The notes: generated by a model from the letters alone, not told the origin. A stretch of DNA of 64,000 nucleotides from Verrucomicrobiales bacterium (GCA_031411295.1 JANOAV010000174.1:27054-91053), one strand, 5' to 3'; shown: positions 1 through 11,776, counted from the first letter of the stretch. Numbers and translations are program-made.

Positions 1-3000
1 CTTTCGGGGGCATGGCCAGCGCGAACTCGGTTAGGTTGGAGTAGCCGTCGTTGTCGGCATCGGCGGACGGTCCTGAAATCAAGGGGTTGGCGGCTTCGGT
101 GGGCGTGAAACTGAAGTCGCGCCAGCGGTTGTAATCAGGCTGCTCCTGCTCAAGAAACAGCCCGCCGGGCAGAGCCGAGGCCGTCCAGTTGCTCGCCACG
201 TTGTGATCTGGGTTGCTGGCGGGATTGATAAGGATGAGGGAGGCCCCGGTGCCGTCCGCTGTGGTGGGCCAGGGGGCTTTATCGTTATAGATAAATTGCT
301 TCACGGTTAGGGCGGGGAGGCCGTTTCTGCGCAGCGCGACCGTTTCTCCGTTGTTGTCGAAATTTTTGGCATATTCCCCGGCAATCTTCGCATTGTATCC
401 CGTGCCATAGCGCTGGCGGAAGGCGGCTAGATTTTTGACGAGAAATACGGAGGTGCCGGGATCGAACGCCGGCACGGCGGTCACGGCAAAGTTGAAATCC
501 ACGCCAGCGATGAATTGCAAGGTGCGAAGATCCACCGGGCCATCGCTGATGTTTTGCAGGCGGATGAATTCGAAATCTTCCTTGTCCAGAAATCCTGCGC
601 TGATCTCCGCTGCCGTTGGTGGCGCTGGATGATACATTAGTTCCGCCACCACAATGTTGCCGTTGCTGGGTGGATCCGCATCCACCGTGAAGAGCGCTTC
701 GGTGAGCGGGCTCCATTCGTTGTTGCCGGTATCTTTGATACGGCTCTTGATGGTGGTGAAGGCGTTATTCAGCGTGAAGGGGGTGCTGTAAGTTAGCGCA
801 GTCGCATTTACGGCCCCGCCGGGGAGTCGAGGATCGCTGCCGTCCTTGGTGTAGTAAATGATGCGATTGGCTGGGGTCTGGGAGGTGGCGCTCTTATACG
901 GATTGCTCTTGGTGCGATCATCATCAACCTCGGTATGCAGGATGGCCAACTGATACCCCAGCGGAACATTTCCGCCATGCTGGCCGAAGAGTGGTGGCTG
1001 TGGTGCGAGCCAGGTGCCTTGGGCGACAGCTAATTGATTGTTGCGCGCAGGCCAGATGTTCTCGCGGCTAAGTTGGTAGCCGTAATCCGCGGTGGACTGG
1101 AGAAAGGTGCCACGGTTGCCCACGCCGGGATCGCTGGTGAAAGCCACGGGAATGGTAACGGTGGTGGCCGTGACGGCGGTAACGACAAACGTGCCGTTAT
1201 ATCCTGTCACGGTGGAGCCTGCGATGGTAAGGCTCAGGCCTGGGACTAACGTGTGCGTGCCTACGGTTACGGTGGTGCTGCCTGCGCCTCCGCTAGCATA
1301 ACCGAGCACAGACGGTAGCCACGTGCCCCGATTCCCAGCGCCAGGATCGGTGGTAAAGGTCACTGGGATCGTGGCCGTGGTGCCGGTGACTGCGGAAATG
1401 GTAAACGTTCCGTTATAAGCCGTCACTGTGGAGCCAGTGATCACGATCTGCTGCCCCACGGTGCGATTGTGCGTGCCGAGATTCACGATCGTGCTAGAGG
1501 CTCCGCCCGTGGCATAACTGCCCACCGTGACCGCCGCCGCTCCGGAGGAAAGCACGGCTCCCCGGAAGAGGACATCGCGTTTATCCAGGGTGGGATTAAC
1601 CCAGGAGGTAAAGAAGGACTGATTCAAGGTGGCTCCACCAGTGTAGGTGAAGATGGGCTGAAGCATATTTACCAAGGTATCTTTGTTAGCGGTTAGGCTG
1701 GCATCCGCCATCGCGCCATCGTTGCAGAAATGTTTGTTAATCCGGTCCGCCATGAGGAGCCGGAATTCCTGACTATTCTTGAGCCGGAAATACACGTGGC
1801 AAATTTCGCGTCCGGCGGTGGTGGGACTGGAAAGTAAATCCTGCGTGAAGACATTGTAGCCGAGTCCCTTGCTGAAGCCGCCGAAGGCCCCTTCCGCGTC
1901 CCAGACATAGAGTCGCCATTTCCCGGTGGCACTGCGTTCCCGACCCCAGGTGTAATTATTGTGCGGCCAATCGCCCGTGCCTGCCCAGGCATTCAACAAG
2001 GCATAGTCCGCATAGTTCACAGGATCGATCACATCCAGCACGGCCTGGAGTTTGGCGGGGTTAGTAAGATCCGCGCCATACGCGTTGAGGCGTGCCACCA
2101 TGTCGTCGAAGGCCACGGAGTCTCCGTCCACCATGTCGGAGATGTAGCGCACGTCCCAGTCCTCATTGCTGTCATAATGCTTCTGCATGAACTCTTCCCG
2201 CAGGCGTTCCACGGCATTGTAGTAGCCGCGGAATTTGCCATTTACATACAGTGGGATAATGGTTCCCCACGAGGTCTTTTGCCCCATGAGTCCGAAGAGT
2301 CGGCGGCAGTATTCATCACGAATGAAGGGATCGCGAGGATCATTCTTCCCCGCGCGCAGCCGCAGGCTTTCGAATTTCTTGCGTTCATAGGTATCGCCCA
2401 TGATAGGGTAGGAGAGCCCGTTCTGATCCCATTCATCACGGAAGAATAAATTCAGCGAGGGCTTCTCGGCAAAGTTGGTGTAATTCCACGGCGCGCTGGT
2501 GATGGTGTTCAGCGTGTAGCGCGGCCGGGCGTGCGGGCTGCCACTAACCCGCAGGCCAGCGGTCTGGCGAAATCCATCCTGTCCATTGGGAAAGCAATAC
2601 TCCACCTCCACCGGACGCTCCCAGCCTTGTCCCGTAGAGGTGGAAATGGCACCGTCGGCATTGGCATTGTTATAAGCCATGGGGCCATCGGAACTCCACG
2701 CTCCGCCGCCGGCTCCATAGACTCCACCATCAATGGCCATGACGCCGAAGGGGTCGAAGAGGGAGCGCTGCGGGTCGCCTGTTAGGATCAAGGCGGGACC
2801 AGTGGTGAGATTCGGGCTTTGATCAATCAGGAAGGTGTGGGTCTTGATGCCGGAGGACACCAACCCAGCCTTGAAGGCGCGGGCCCGCAAACAATGTCCA
2901 TTGCCCACCGACACCTGACTCAGTGAGAGCGGAGTGGTGTAAAGGAGGCTGGTGGGAGCAGGGTCTGCGCCATCGGTGGTATAGCGAATTTCCGCCCCTG

Positions 3001-5473
3001 CGGTCTCGCAGGTTAGGCTGACCGTCTGCGTTCCTGTGTAGAATCCACCCGGCAGGCTGAAGTCCGGGGTGCGCACGTAATCCGTAGTTATGGCCGCACT
3101 GTTGGCCGTGCCAGGAGTGGCGGTTGCCAGGTAAGCGTAATTTCCGGGATTGGTGGGATCCAAGCCATAGGTATAGTTAGGAAACTGTTTCCCGTAGTCG
3201 GGGATCTCCGCATGAATCGAGCCCGTGGCATCGCTCAGGGCCAGATAACCACCGCTGGCAGAGAGCTTGAAATTTGCGTGCGGATAGGTGGCCCCACTGA
3301 TAGGCAGCGTGGGAGCATCTGCCAGGATCACGAGGCGCGCGCCGGGTGCTAGTTGGGTTCCCGCAGGGAGCACGAATTTCTGCGGAGTGCCGGGGCTATC
3401 CGTCAGGCTCCAGCCAGCTAGATCGACTAGGTCAGGACCATCATTGTGAAGCTCCAGCCAGTCCGAGAAATCTTCCGCCCCGAGCGATGTCGCAAAGAGG
3501 GCCGGATCCACTAACCCACCGGAAGGTTCCGCCAGCCCGGGCCAATATTTCCACAACTGATTGGTGGCAATAAAGGTAGCTGGAGTAGCGAAGGGTTGGC
3601 CGTTGAAGACGACCTTCATGTCATCCAAGGTTAGAAATGAGCTGGCGGGTAAGGCGGGTGCGGTGCTCTTTTTCTCGAAGACCGGATAAAACGCCGCCAC
3701 ACCATTGGCCTGGAGCGCAGAAACAAACGCGGCCTGGGCTCCGACCGTCCCGGCCGCAAGGGTGGTCGAGTAATTTTGCCATTCACTGATCAGGCCCATG
3801 TTATCAAACCAGAGGAAGGATCCGCTGGGCAGAGCAGTTGTCCGACGAAATACCAGACGCAGCGAGCGGACGTTGGTGGCATTGATCTTGGCAAGAAAGG
3901 ACGTGGCGTTCGTCCCTTCATCGAAGCGCTTCTGCGTTGTCTGCCACGCGCCATTTCCAGTGTAGGTCCCCAGATCCAGGCGATCCGCGTAGGCTCCGGT
4001 GTTGGGTTCCAGATAGGCCGTGAAGGTTTCCCCTGCGTCGGCTTTCCAGGAAAATTTAACACTAACGTCACCCAGATGGGCGGCGGTTAGGGTGGCGGAT
4101 GGCCATGCCTGCACGGTGAATCCACTGACGGAGATGCCGAAGACATCAGCCACGGTGGGTTGATTGATCATGCCCAGCTTTAATGCCCCAGTCGAGCCTG
4201 CATCGCCCGCAGCGGCGGTATTGTCTTCTGTGAGGCGAATGATTTCGGTCAACGATCCTGCTCCCCGCATCGCAGTGCCTGAGAAAATGGCGGTGGGGGT
4301 GACCACGGTTCCGCTGGTGAAATCCTGCACCGCCCCGGCATTGGAAATGAAGCGTTTGCGCTGGCCCGCACTGTTCGTGTTGAACGTTAGGGCTGGTGTT
4401 TCCACCCCGGCTCCAATGACCGCCAAATCAGGAAATCCCGTCAACGCAGCCCCACCCGGCGTGGCATCGAAGCGCAGGCCAAACGCCGCTCCGGCGGATA
4501 ATCGATAGCGAAAGCTCACGGTGAGCTTCGCCAAATCTGCCGTCGTCATCGTCGCAGGGGCCACCAACGGCGCAAAGCCCAGTGGGCCGCCCACCAAGGC
4601 CAGAGGGGCGTCCGGGCCCACTTGCGACAGATTATACTGCAGGCCGCCGGTCGCCAAATAGCCACCAGTAGCGGTGGCCGTTGTTTTCACGGTTAGTTCC
4701 TGCCAGGCCGCGCTGGCGATGGGCGCAGGTGCGTTCACCCAACTCCCGGCTGGTGGAGTGCCAGAGCTGGTGGTGCTCAGAGCACCGCTGGTGTAAGTCC
4801 GCGTGATCGAAGCCTCGTTGCTGTCATTGAAATTGATGCTGGCGGTGGTTCCGATGACTGGATTGATGATGCTTACGAGCTGTGCATCGAATTTGCTGTT
4901 GCCAGAAATGATCTGGTTATGCACCTGAACCGCCAGCACATTTTGACCCTCCTGCAGCCAGTTGACGAGCGGCCCGAGATTATATTCCACGGGGGCGGCC
5001 GGAGCATCAACCCGGGTGGCCACCATGGTGGCGTAAGTCATCTGCTTGGGCGGTCCCAGATTGGCCCGGGCGATCTCCTTCCCATTAATGAACGCCACGA
5101 ATCCGTCGTCATAAGTGATGCGGAGAATCAAATCACCAAAACTCAACTGGGCGGCACTAACGGAGAAATTTTTGCGCACATAAAATGACGGTGTCTTGTT
5201 CAGCAGCAGCGTGGAAAGGTTCGTGGTGTTCGACGCTCCGACGCCCAAGGGAGCGGGTCCCGCCGTCCAACCGGTCTCTGGAAATACCAAATCCTGCCAA
5301 TACGGACCAACGCCCAAGCGAGGTTCCCCATTGCCATTCCATTCCAAGCGCATGCCGTTGGGAGCGGCATGAATTTCCGAAATCACCACCTCTGCGGCGG
5401 CAGGACAGAGCAGGGCCAGCAGCAGCAAGGGGAGGAGAAACGGATGGATTGGGGAACGGGAGGACGCGAGCAT
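1..5473 (-). CDS. Very large secreted lamin-tail-domain/CotH-kinase-family protein, 3' end beyond the window
   Basis: ATG at 5473 gives MLASSRSPIHPFLLPLLLLALLCPAAAEVVISEIHAAP (signal peptide plus LTD start). The same frame holds at the points checked. It contains YDDGFVAFINGKEIARANL, DWLELHN, IRYTTDGADP, a CotH-like GLRVSGSPHARP..KPSLNLFFR segment, and DADNDGYSNLTEFAL at the edge. The ORF track lists no closed ORF from this start, consistent with no stop inside the window. Confidence 0.85.
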   Translation of the reverse strand, partial: MLASSRSPIHPFLLPLLLLALLCPAAAEVVISEIHAAPNGMRLEWNGNGEPRLGVGPYWQDLVFPETGWTAGPAPLGVGASNTTNLSTLLLNKTPSFYVRKNFSVSAAQLSFGDLILRITYDDGFVAFINGKEIARANLGPPKQMTYATMVATRVDAPAAPVEYNLGPLVNWLQEGQNVLAVQVHNQIISGNSKFDAQLVSIINPVIGTTASINFNDSNEASITRTYTSGALSTTSSGTPPAGSWVNAPAPIASAAWQELTVKTTATATGGYLATGGLQYNLSQVGPDAPLALVGGPLGFAPLVAPATMTTADLAKLTVSFRYRLSAGAAFGLRFDATPGGAALTGFPDLAVIGAGVETPALTFNTNSAGQRKRFISNAGAVQDFTSGTVVTPTAIFSGTAMRGAGSLTEIIRLTEDNTAAAGDAGSTGALKLGMINQPTVADVFGISVSGFTVQAWPSATLTAAHLGDVSVKFSWKADAGETFTAYLEPNTGAYADRLDLGTYTGNGAWQTTQKRFDEGTNATSFLAKINATNVRSLRLVFRRTTALPSGSFLWFDNMGLISEWQNYSTTLAAGTVGAQAAFVSALQANGVAAFYPVFEKKSTAPALPASSFLTLDDMKVVFNGQPFATPATFIATNQLWKYWPGLAEPSGGLVDPALFATSLGAEDFSDWLELHNDGPDLVDLAGWSLTDSPGTPQKFVLPAGTQLAPGARLVILADAPTLPISGATYPHANFKLSASGGYLALSDATGSIHAEIPDYGKQFPNYTYGLDPTNPGNYAYLATATPGTANSAAITTDYVRTPDFSLPGGFYTGTQTVSLTCETAGAEIRYTTDGADPAPTSLLYTTPLSLSQVSVGNGHCLRARAFKAGLVSSGIKTHTFLIDQSPNLTTGPALILTGDPQRSLFDPFGVMAIDGGVYGAGGGAWSSDGPMAYNNANADGAISTSTGQGWERPVEVEYCFPNGQDGFRQTAGLRVSGSPHARPRYTLNTITSAPWNYTNFAEKPSLNLFFRDEWDQNGLSYPIMGDTYERKKFESLRLRAGKNDPRDPFIRDEYCRRLFGLMGQKTSWGTIIPLYVNGKFRGYYNAVERLREEFMQKHYDSNEDWDVRYISDMVDGDSVAFDDMVARLNAYGADLTNPAKLQAVLDVIDPVNYADYALLNAWAGTGDWPHNNYTWGRERSATGKWRLYVWDAEGAFGGFSKGLGYNVFTQDLLSSPTTAGREICHVYFRLKNSQEFRLLMADRINKHFCNDGAMADASLTANKDTLVNMLQPIFTYTGGATLNQSFFTSWVNPTLDKRDVLFRGAVLSSGAAAVTVGSYATGGASSTIVNLGTHNRTVGQQIVITGSTVTAYNGTFTISAVTGTTATIPVTFTTDPGAGNRGTWLPSVLGYASGGAGSTTVTVGTHTLVPGLSLTIAGSTVTGYNGTFVVTAVTATTVTIPVAFTSDPGVGNRGTFLQSTADYGYQLSRENIWPARNNQLAVAQGTWLAPQPPLFGQHGGNVPLGYQLAILHTEVDDDRTKSNPYKSATSQTPANRIIYYTKDGSDPRLPGGAVNATALTYSTPFTLNNAFTTIKSRIKDTGNNEWSPLTEALFTVDADPPSNGNIVVAELMYHPAPPTAAEISAGFLDKEDFEFIRLQNISDGPVDLRTLQFIAGVDFNFAVTAVPAFDPGTSVFLVKNLAAFRQRYGTGYNAKIAGEYAKNFDNNGETVALRRNGLPALTVKQFIYNDKAPWPTTADGTGASLILINPASNPDHNVASNWTASALPGGLFLEQEQPDYNRWRDFSFTPTEAANPLISGPSADADNDGYSNLTEFALAMPPK

Positions 5474-5556
5474 GGGAAGACAGGGGCGGACTTGTTTTTA
5501 CTAAAATGTGCCCAGTCTGCCCAGAAATATTTCGCAGGTATTTTGTAACAAAGAAC

Positions 5557-5585
5557 GTGGTTGCGGCTGTCTCAGCCGCAACCAC
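5557..5585 (+). repeat. REP-like palindrome (GTGG foot)
   Basis: GTGGTTGCGGCTG-TCT-CAGCCGCAACCAC is a perfect 13-bp inverted repeat in a divergent intergenic region. Confidence 0.55.
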
Positions 5586-5759
5586 CTTCCTGACCACTAC
5601 AGTGCGTGAGGAGGAGTCGTTTGGGGAGATTCGCAAAATCACAAGAAAAAGGCGCAAGGTTTCGTGGCTGATGCGGAGAAAACTTGCCAAGTTGGCATAA
5701 GCTGTCCAAGATTATGGAATATTGCCCCAGCCGTCCATTACTTTACCTATCTAACAACC

Positions 5760-6887
5760 ATGCCAGCCAAAAAGAAGATCAACCTCGCCATCGTCGGCCT
5801 CGGATTCGGGGCGGAATTCATTCCCATTTACCAGCATCACCCCAATGCGAACTTGGTGGCGATCTGTCAGCGCGATCCCAAGAAGCTCAACGCGATTGGC
5901 GATGCTTTCGGCATCGAAAGTCGCTATACCGATTTTGCGGAAATGCTGAAGGATCCGAACATCGAGGCCGTGCATATCAACTCCCCGATTCCCGATCACG
6001 GATGGATGAGCATTGCCGCCCTGAAGGCCGGCAAGCATGTGAGTTGCACCGTGCCCATGGCCACGAGTATTGCCGAGTGTAAGGAAATCGTGGATTTGGT
6101 GAAGAAGACCGGACTGAAATACACCATGGCCGAAACGGTAGTTTATGCCCGCGAGTATCTTTACATGAAGGAACTGCTGGATACCGGCAAGTTGGGGAAA
6201 CTGCAATTCGTGCAAGCCAGCCACCAACAAGACATGGACGGATGGCCGAACTACTGGCCCGGTCTGCCTCCCATGTGGTATGCCACCCACTGCGTGGGCC
6301 CCGTTTCCGGCATGGTCGGCAAGCCCGCCGAATACGTTAGCTGTTTCGGCTCCGGCACCGTGCGTCCGGAGTTGCAAGCCAAGTATAACAGCCCGTTTGC
6401 CGTGGAGACCGCCCACATCAAATTCAAGGACTCTGATGTCTGCGCCCGCATCATCCGCAGCCTATTCGACACCGCCCGTCAATACCGCGAGAGCATCGAC
6501 GTCTATGGCGACAAAGCCAGCGTCGAGTGGCCGTTGATCGAGCATGAACCGCTGATCATGCACACCGCCAAATTACCTGAAAGCAAAATCCCCAAACGCA
6601 TCAAGACCCCGGACTTCGCCAAGCGCCTGCCCAAGCAAATTCAGCCGTTCACGACCAATGGCGTCTATGGCGTGGGCAAGAAAACCCACCTTTCCTTCAC
6701 CCAGGGAGCCGGCCACGGCGGCAGCCACCCCCACCTCGCCAACGAGTTCGTGATGAGCTTGGTGGAAAATCGCGATCCGTTCCCGAACGCGAAACAATCC
6801 GCCAACTGGACCTGCGTCGGCCTCTGCGCCCACGAAAGCGCCCTCAAAGGCGGGGCCATCGTGAAGCTGCCCGCATGGTCCCTGTAG
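5760..6887 (+). CDS. Gfo/Idh/MocA family oxidoreductase
   Basis: Rossmann motif AIVGLGFG, AVHINSPIPDH, GKHV motif. Start moved to the ATG at 5760 (MPAKKK). Confidence 0.9.
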   Translation: MPAKKKINLAIVGLGFGAEFIPIYQHHPNANLVAICQRDPKKLNAIGDAFGIESRYTDFAEMLKDPNIEAVHINSPIPDHGWMSIAALKAGKHVSCTVPMATSIAECKEIVDLVKKTGLKYTMAETVVYAREYLYMKELLDTGKLGKLQFVQASHQQDMDGWPNYWPGLPPMWYATHCVGPVSGMVGKPAEYVSCFGSGTVRPELQAKYNSPFAVETAHIKFKDSDVCARIIRSLFDTARQYRESIDVYGDKASVEWPLIEHEPLIMHTAKLPESKIPKRIKTPDFAKRLPKQIQPFTTNGVYGVGKKTHLSFTQGAGHGGSHPHLANEFVMSLVENRDPFPNAKQSANWTCVGLCAHESALKGGAIVKLPAWSL

Positions 6888-6897
6888 CAAAGGAGCC

Positions 6898-8106
6898 CTA
6901 GAACCACCGCTTGGCGGGAATGATGGGGTGCGGTTGGCAGATCCGTTCCACGCAGCTTTCCCAGCTTTCGTGACCGGTTAGGATCTCGATTTCGACGCGC
7001 AGGAAAAAGATCGGGAGCAGCCCAGCGGTCTTGGGGAGACGCACGGAATCCTTTTCGGTGGTGACGATGAAGTCCACCGCGCGGTCGTCCGCGCGCAGCA
7101 TGAAGTCGTTTAATTCCTCCTCGTTGAAGCGGTGGTGGTCGGTGAAATGGCGACTGAAGCGGATGTTAGCGCCCAAATCCCGCAGACCGCCCTCGAAACT
7201 TTCTGGCTTGGCAATGCCGCTGAAGGTGGCGATGTCTTTGTCCTGCAAGTAATCCAAGGGCAGGCGCTCTCGGGTGGCAATATTCGTCAAGTGGAGGGGT
7301 TTGTGCGTGCACTCGATGATCTCCGCAGTCCGGTTATATCTCCGAATTTGCTGGATGAGATCTGCGTTGGAACTGCCATCGCACTTGGTGATGAAAATGT
7401 AGCTGGCGCGGCGGAGGTTGCGGGGTGGTTCGCGCAGGAAACCACGGGGCAGCATGGCTCCATTGCCGAAGGGCGATTGACGATCCACGAGCACGATGTC
7501 CAAACGATGGCGGAGTTTCAGATACTGCAATCCGTCGTCCAACAGCAGGGTATCCACTCCGAAGTTCTGGAGTGCATACCGTCCGCCATGCACGCGATCT
7601 TTATCCACCACGATGGCTACGCCCTTTAAATTTTGCGCCAGCATGAACGGTTCATCCCCCGCCTTGCGCGAGTCCAAGAGCGGGGTGGGGGACTCGCCAT
7701 CGCTAACAATGCGCGGGGCTGGGCGCTGGATCTTGCGCCCCAGAAAGCGTTCTTGGAAGCGAGCTTGCAGGCGCTTCAGCAATGGCGGGGTGGGGGGCCG
7801 TTCGCTCTTATAGCCGCGTGTCAGGATGGCGACTTTGCGGCCACCCTTGGTCAACGCCCGGGCGAACATTTCCACGACGGGGGTCTTGCCGGTGCCGCCC
7901 ACGGTGATATTTCCGATACTAACCACCATGCAGCCGAGGTGATGCTCGCGCAGGATACGATTGCGAAACAACCAGAGCCGCAGGGTCACGATGCCCCGAT
8001 AAAGCCAGGAGAGCGATCTCAAGAAAGCCCGCAGAGCCGAAGCTTGGATGCCTTTGCGTTTCCCAGTGATCACCTCCAGGGCATATAATTCGACTCCTTC
8101 TTTCAT
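6898..8106 (-). CDS. lpxK: Tetraacyldisaccharide 4'-kinase
   Basis: [32 protein letters not shown]-like [15 protein letters not shown] and TTEKD motifs. Confidence 0.95.
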   Translation of the reverse strand: MKEGVELYALEVITGKRKGIQASALRAFLRSLSWLYRGIVTLRLWLFRNRILREHHLGCMVVSIGNITVGGTGKTPVVEMFARALTKGGRKVAILTRGYKSERPPTPPLLKRLQARFQERFLGRKIQRPAPRIVSDGESPTPLLDSRKAGDEPFMLAQNLKGVAIVVDKDRVHGGRYALQNFGVDTLLLDDGLQYLKLRHRLDIVLVDRQSPFGNGAMLPRGFLREPPRNLRRASYIFITKCDGSSNADLIQQIRRYNRTAEIIECTHKPLHLTNIATRERLPLDYLQDKDIATFSGIAKPESFEGGLRDLGANIRFSRHFTDHHRFNEEELNDFMLRADDRAVDFIVTTEKDSVRLPKTAGLLPIFFLRVEIEILTGHESWESCVERICQPHPIIPAKRWF

Positions 8107-8268
8107 GCGGAAGTCAGGCGATGGGGGATGAGGGAAAGTTGGTTTGGCATGGAGGAAACGATGGTATCGCAACGGCTACACTAGTGTCACTATGGGGTGA
8201 TGGCAAAGCGTCACTCGGGAAATTTTCTTGCTTGGCAAGTGGTGCGGTCCGTTTCAAGGGTTCAGACC

Positions 8269-8307
8269 AAAAAATGCGGCGGTGGATCGTGTGATCCGCC
8301 GCCGCAT
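8269..8307 (-). terminator. Rho-independent terminator of atpDC
   Basis: On the minus strand, ATGCGGCGGCGGATC-ACAC-GATCCACCGCCGCAT is followed by a T run, just after the atpC stop. Confidence 0.8.
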
Positions 8308-8330
8308 GGAGTTTGATGGTTTGCTGCGCC

Positions 8331-8744
8331 TTAGAGCGTGCGGCGTTTGCGCTTCAGCTTCAACTGAGCCAGGGAGTTGAGAATGCTGGACTCGACGGCG
8401 GCAATTTCTTCCGCGCCCAAGTTGGCACTGTCCTTGAGGCGGGCTTGGGCCGCGTCTAGGGCGGCTTGCACGGTGGCTTCGTCGATATGCGCGTCTGCCA
8501 TGGCGAGGTCCGTGAGGACTTTGACGCCATGAGCGCCCACTTCCACGAATCCAGCTCCGACCGCCAGTTCGGTTACGTTGGTGCCTACGGTGTAGCGCAG
8601 TTCACCAGGAACCAAGGCCGTTACCAACGGGGCGTGATTTGGCAGCACGCCCATTTCTCCGAGCTGTCCGGGAAGAACGACGGTAGTCACGTCGCCAGAA
8701 AAGATTTTGGCGTCGGGGGTAACGATTTCGAGTAGTAAGGCCAT
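8331..8744 (-). CDS. atpC: F1 ATP synthase epsilon subunit
   Basis: LEIVTPD..GEMGVLPNHAPL..GFVEV; lies directly downstream of atpD. Confidence 0.95.
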   Translation of the reverse strand: MALLLEIVTPDAKIFSGDVTTVVLPGQLGEMGVLPNHAPLVTALVPGELRYTVGTNVTELAVGAGFVEVGAHGVKVLTDLAMADAHIDEATVQAALDAAQARLKDSANLGAEEIAAVESSILNSLAQLKLKRKRRTL

Positions 8745-8745
8745 G

Positions 8746-8841
8746 GAATTGAAGATTTAAGATTTAGGATTCATGAATGGTGGCTCGACGAACACGACCA
8801 ACCGGCTGCATTCATCAATCCAAAATCATCAATCATAAATT
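8746..8841. repeat. Inverted arrays of degenerate 7-bp tandem repeats in the atpD-atpC spacer
   Basis: Left arm GAATTGA-AGATTTA-AGATTTA-GGATTCA-TGAATG; right arm CATTCAT-CAATCCA-AAATCAT-CAATCAT-AAATT. Confidence 0.65.
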
Positions 8842-8844
8842 AAG

Positions 8845-10332
<1,488 letters not shown>

Positions 10333-10615
10333 TTAAAAAGCAGATGAAGCCCCGTCACATAATGACTGGACTGTAAGAAAGGGAGAGCGTGGGTATAGCA
10401 CACGGGTATTCCGGGGCAAGAGGAACTTGTGAAATTTTTCACAAGCGGTCATTCCCTTCGGAGAAATGGCTCGTTTTGGAAATGAAAATCGCGGGTTAGC
10501 ACCTCATCGCGCGGCAAAATAATGCCGCGTGGTGCCAAACCCGCGTTCTCACTTACCGCATCTGGCCACGACTCTGAATGGAGTGGGCGGACGGGTTGCC
10601 TGCGGTCACTCGCAG

Positions 10616-10888
10616 TTACTTTTGTTTCTTCTTGCCCTTTTTGCCCTTCTTACCCTTTTTGCCGGCTTCGGTGCCCTTCTTGCCTTTTTTACCAGCCTTG
10701 TCCTTCTTGTGGCCGCGCTTTACGAATTCCTCTTTGGAAATTTGGCCGTCGCTGTTTTTATCCAGCGCGGCAAAGCGCTTCTCTAGTTTGGCGGTGTGCT
10801 CTGCCTTGGCGGCGGGGTCTTTTTTACCAGCTTGGCTGGACGTGAGAGTTGCGAATACGCAGCAGAGAGTGAGGAGGACTAGTTTCAT
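10616..10888 (-). CDS. Small secreted EF-hand protein with Lys-rich tail
   Basis: Signal peptide, EF-hand loop DKNSDGQISKEE, KKGKKG repeats. Confidence 0.8.
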   Translation of the reverse strand: MKLVLLTLCCVFATLTSSQAGKKDPAAKAEHTAKLEKRFAALDKNSDGQISKEEFVKRGHKKDKAGKKGKKGTEAGKKGKKGKKGKKKQK

Positions 10889-11009
10889 GGAATGGAATGG
10901 TGGTTAATGGTTCATGATGGAACCCCGAAGTCTGGGGTTCGCTACTGAACCGCGCCACCGAGGGGTTTTGGGACAACTTTCCGCTGCTAATCGCGAAAAA
11001 AGCCAAGCA

Positions 11010-11041
11010 AAGTGCCCCGCCGAATCATCGACGGGGCATTC
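11010..11041 (-). terminator. Probable terminator after the zinc metallopeptidase gene
   Basis: On the minus strand, the hairpin TGCCCCGTCGA..TCGGCGGGGCA is followed by CTTTGCTTGGCTTTTTT. Confidence 0.55.
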
Positions 11042-11062
11042 CGCAGCGTAATTCCTGGATGG

Positions 11063-11776
11063 TTAGGATTCCTCACTCCGACCCGTAAGCAGCGGGATGA
11101 CGTAGTAGAGGAAGGTTCCCAGGGAGGAAACGAAGGCTGCCACGTAGGTCAGGGCCGCGCTGTTCAGGACTGTGCTTACACCTGCGGCTTCATCGTCCCC
11201 GCGCAGGATGCCGAGTTGGCGCAGCACCAATTTGGCGCGACGAGAGGCGTCGAACTCCACGGGGAGGGTGACTAGGTTGAAGAGCATGATGATGCCGAAG
11301 GCGATCGAAGCCAGCATGAGCGATACCATGGGAGCCAGGAACATGCCAGCGATCATGAGGATGAACACCCCACTGCTGGCCACGTTGGTGATTCCCACCG
11401 CAGCCATCCGCCAGTGCAGCGGTTGGTAAGCCGCCGCATGTTGCAGGGCATGGCCGCACTCGTGGGCCGCCACTCCCTGGGCCGCAAGAGAACTGCTGCC
11501 ATAGACTGGTTCAGACAAGGCTAGACGTTTGTTAGTGGGATCATAATGGTCGGTCAGTTCCCCTTCAATGGGGACGACCTCGACATCATAGATCCCGTGC
11601 TCCCGCAGAATCATCTGCGCCACCTGAGCCCCGGTGAGACCAGAACGGCCCGGAATCGCAGAGAATTTACGAAAGGAAGATTTGACGCGCCATGAAGCCA
11701 AGAAGCCCAAAAGCATCGTCCCGACAATTAGCATGATGTAATACATATTCATAACGGCAGCAAAATGGCCCATCAT
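11063..11776 (-). CDS. Membrane zinc metallopeptidase (YugP/Zn_peptidase_2 family)
   Basis: LTDHYDP, AAHECGHALQH (HExxH), TLPVEFDAS, AALTYVA. Confidence 0.92.
   Translation of the reverse strand: MMGHFAAVMNMYYIMLIVGTMLLGFLASWRVKSSFRKFSAIPGRSGLTGAQVAQMILREHGIYDVEVVPIEGELTDHYDPTNKRLALSEPVYGSSSLAAQGVAAHECGHALQHAAAYQPLHWRMAAVGITNVASSGVFILMIAGMFLAPMVSLMLASIAFGIIMLFNLVTLPVEFDASRRAKLVLRQLGILRGDDEAAGVSTVLNSAALTYVAAFVSSLGTFLYYVIPLLTGRSEES

Noticed and set aside
285..5700. Numerous short ORFs in the track at the left end
   Set aside because: They are explained as off-frame or antisense shadows of the single long minus-strand CotH/LTD gene.
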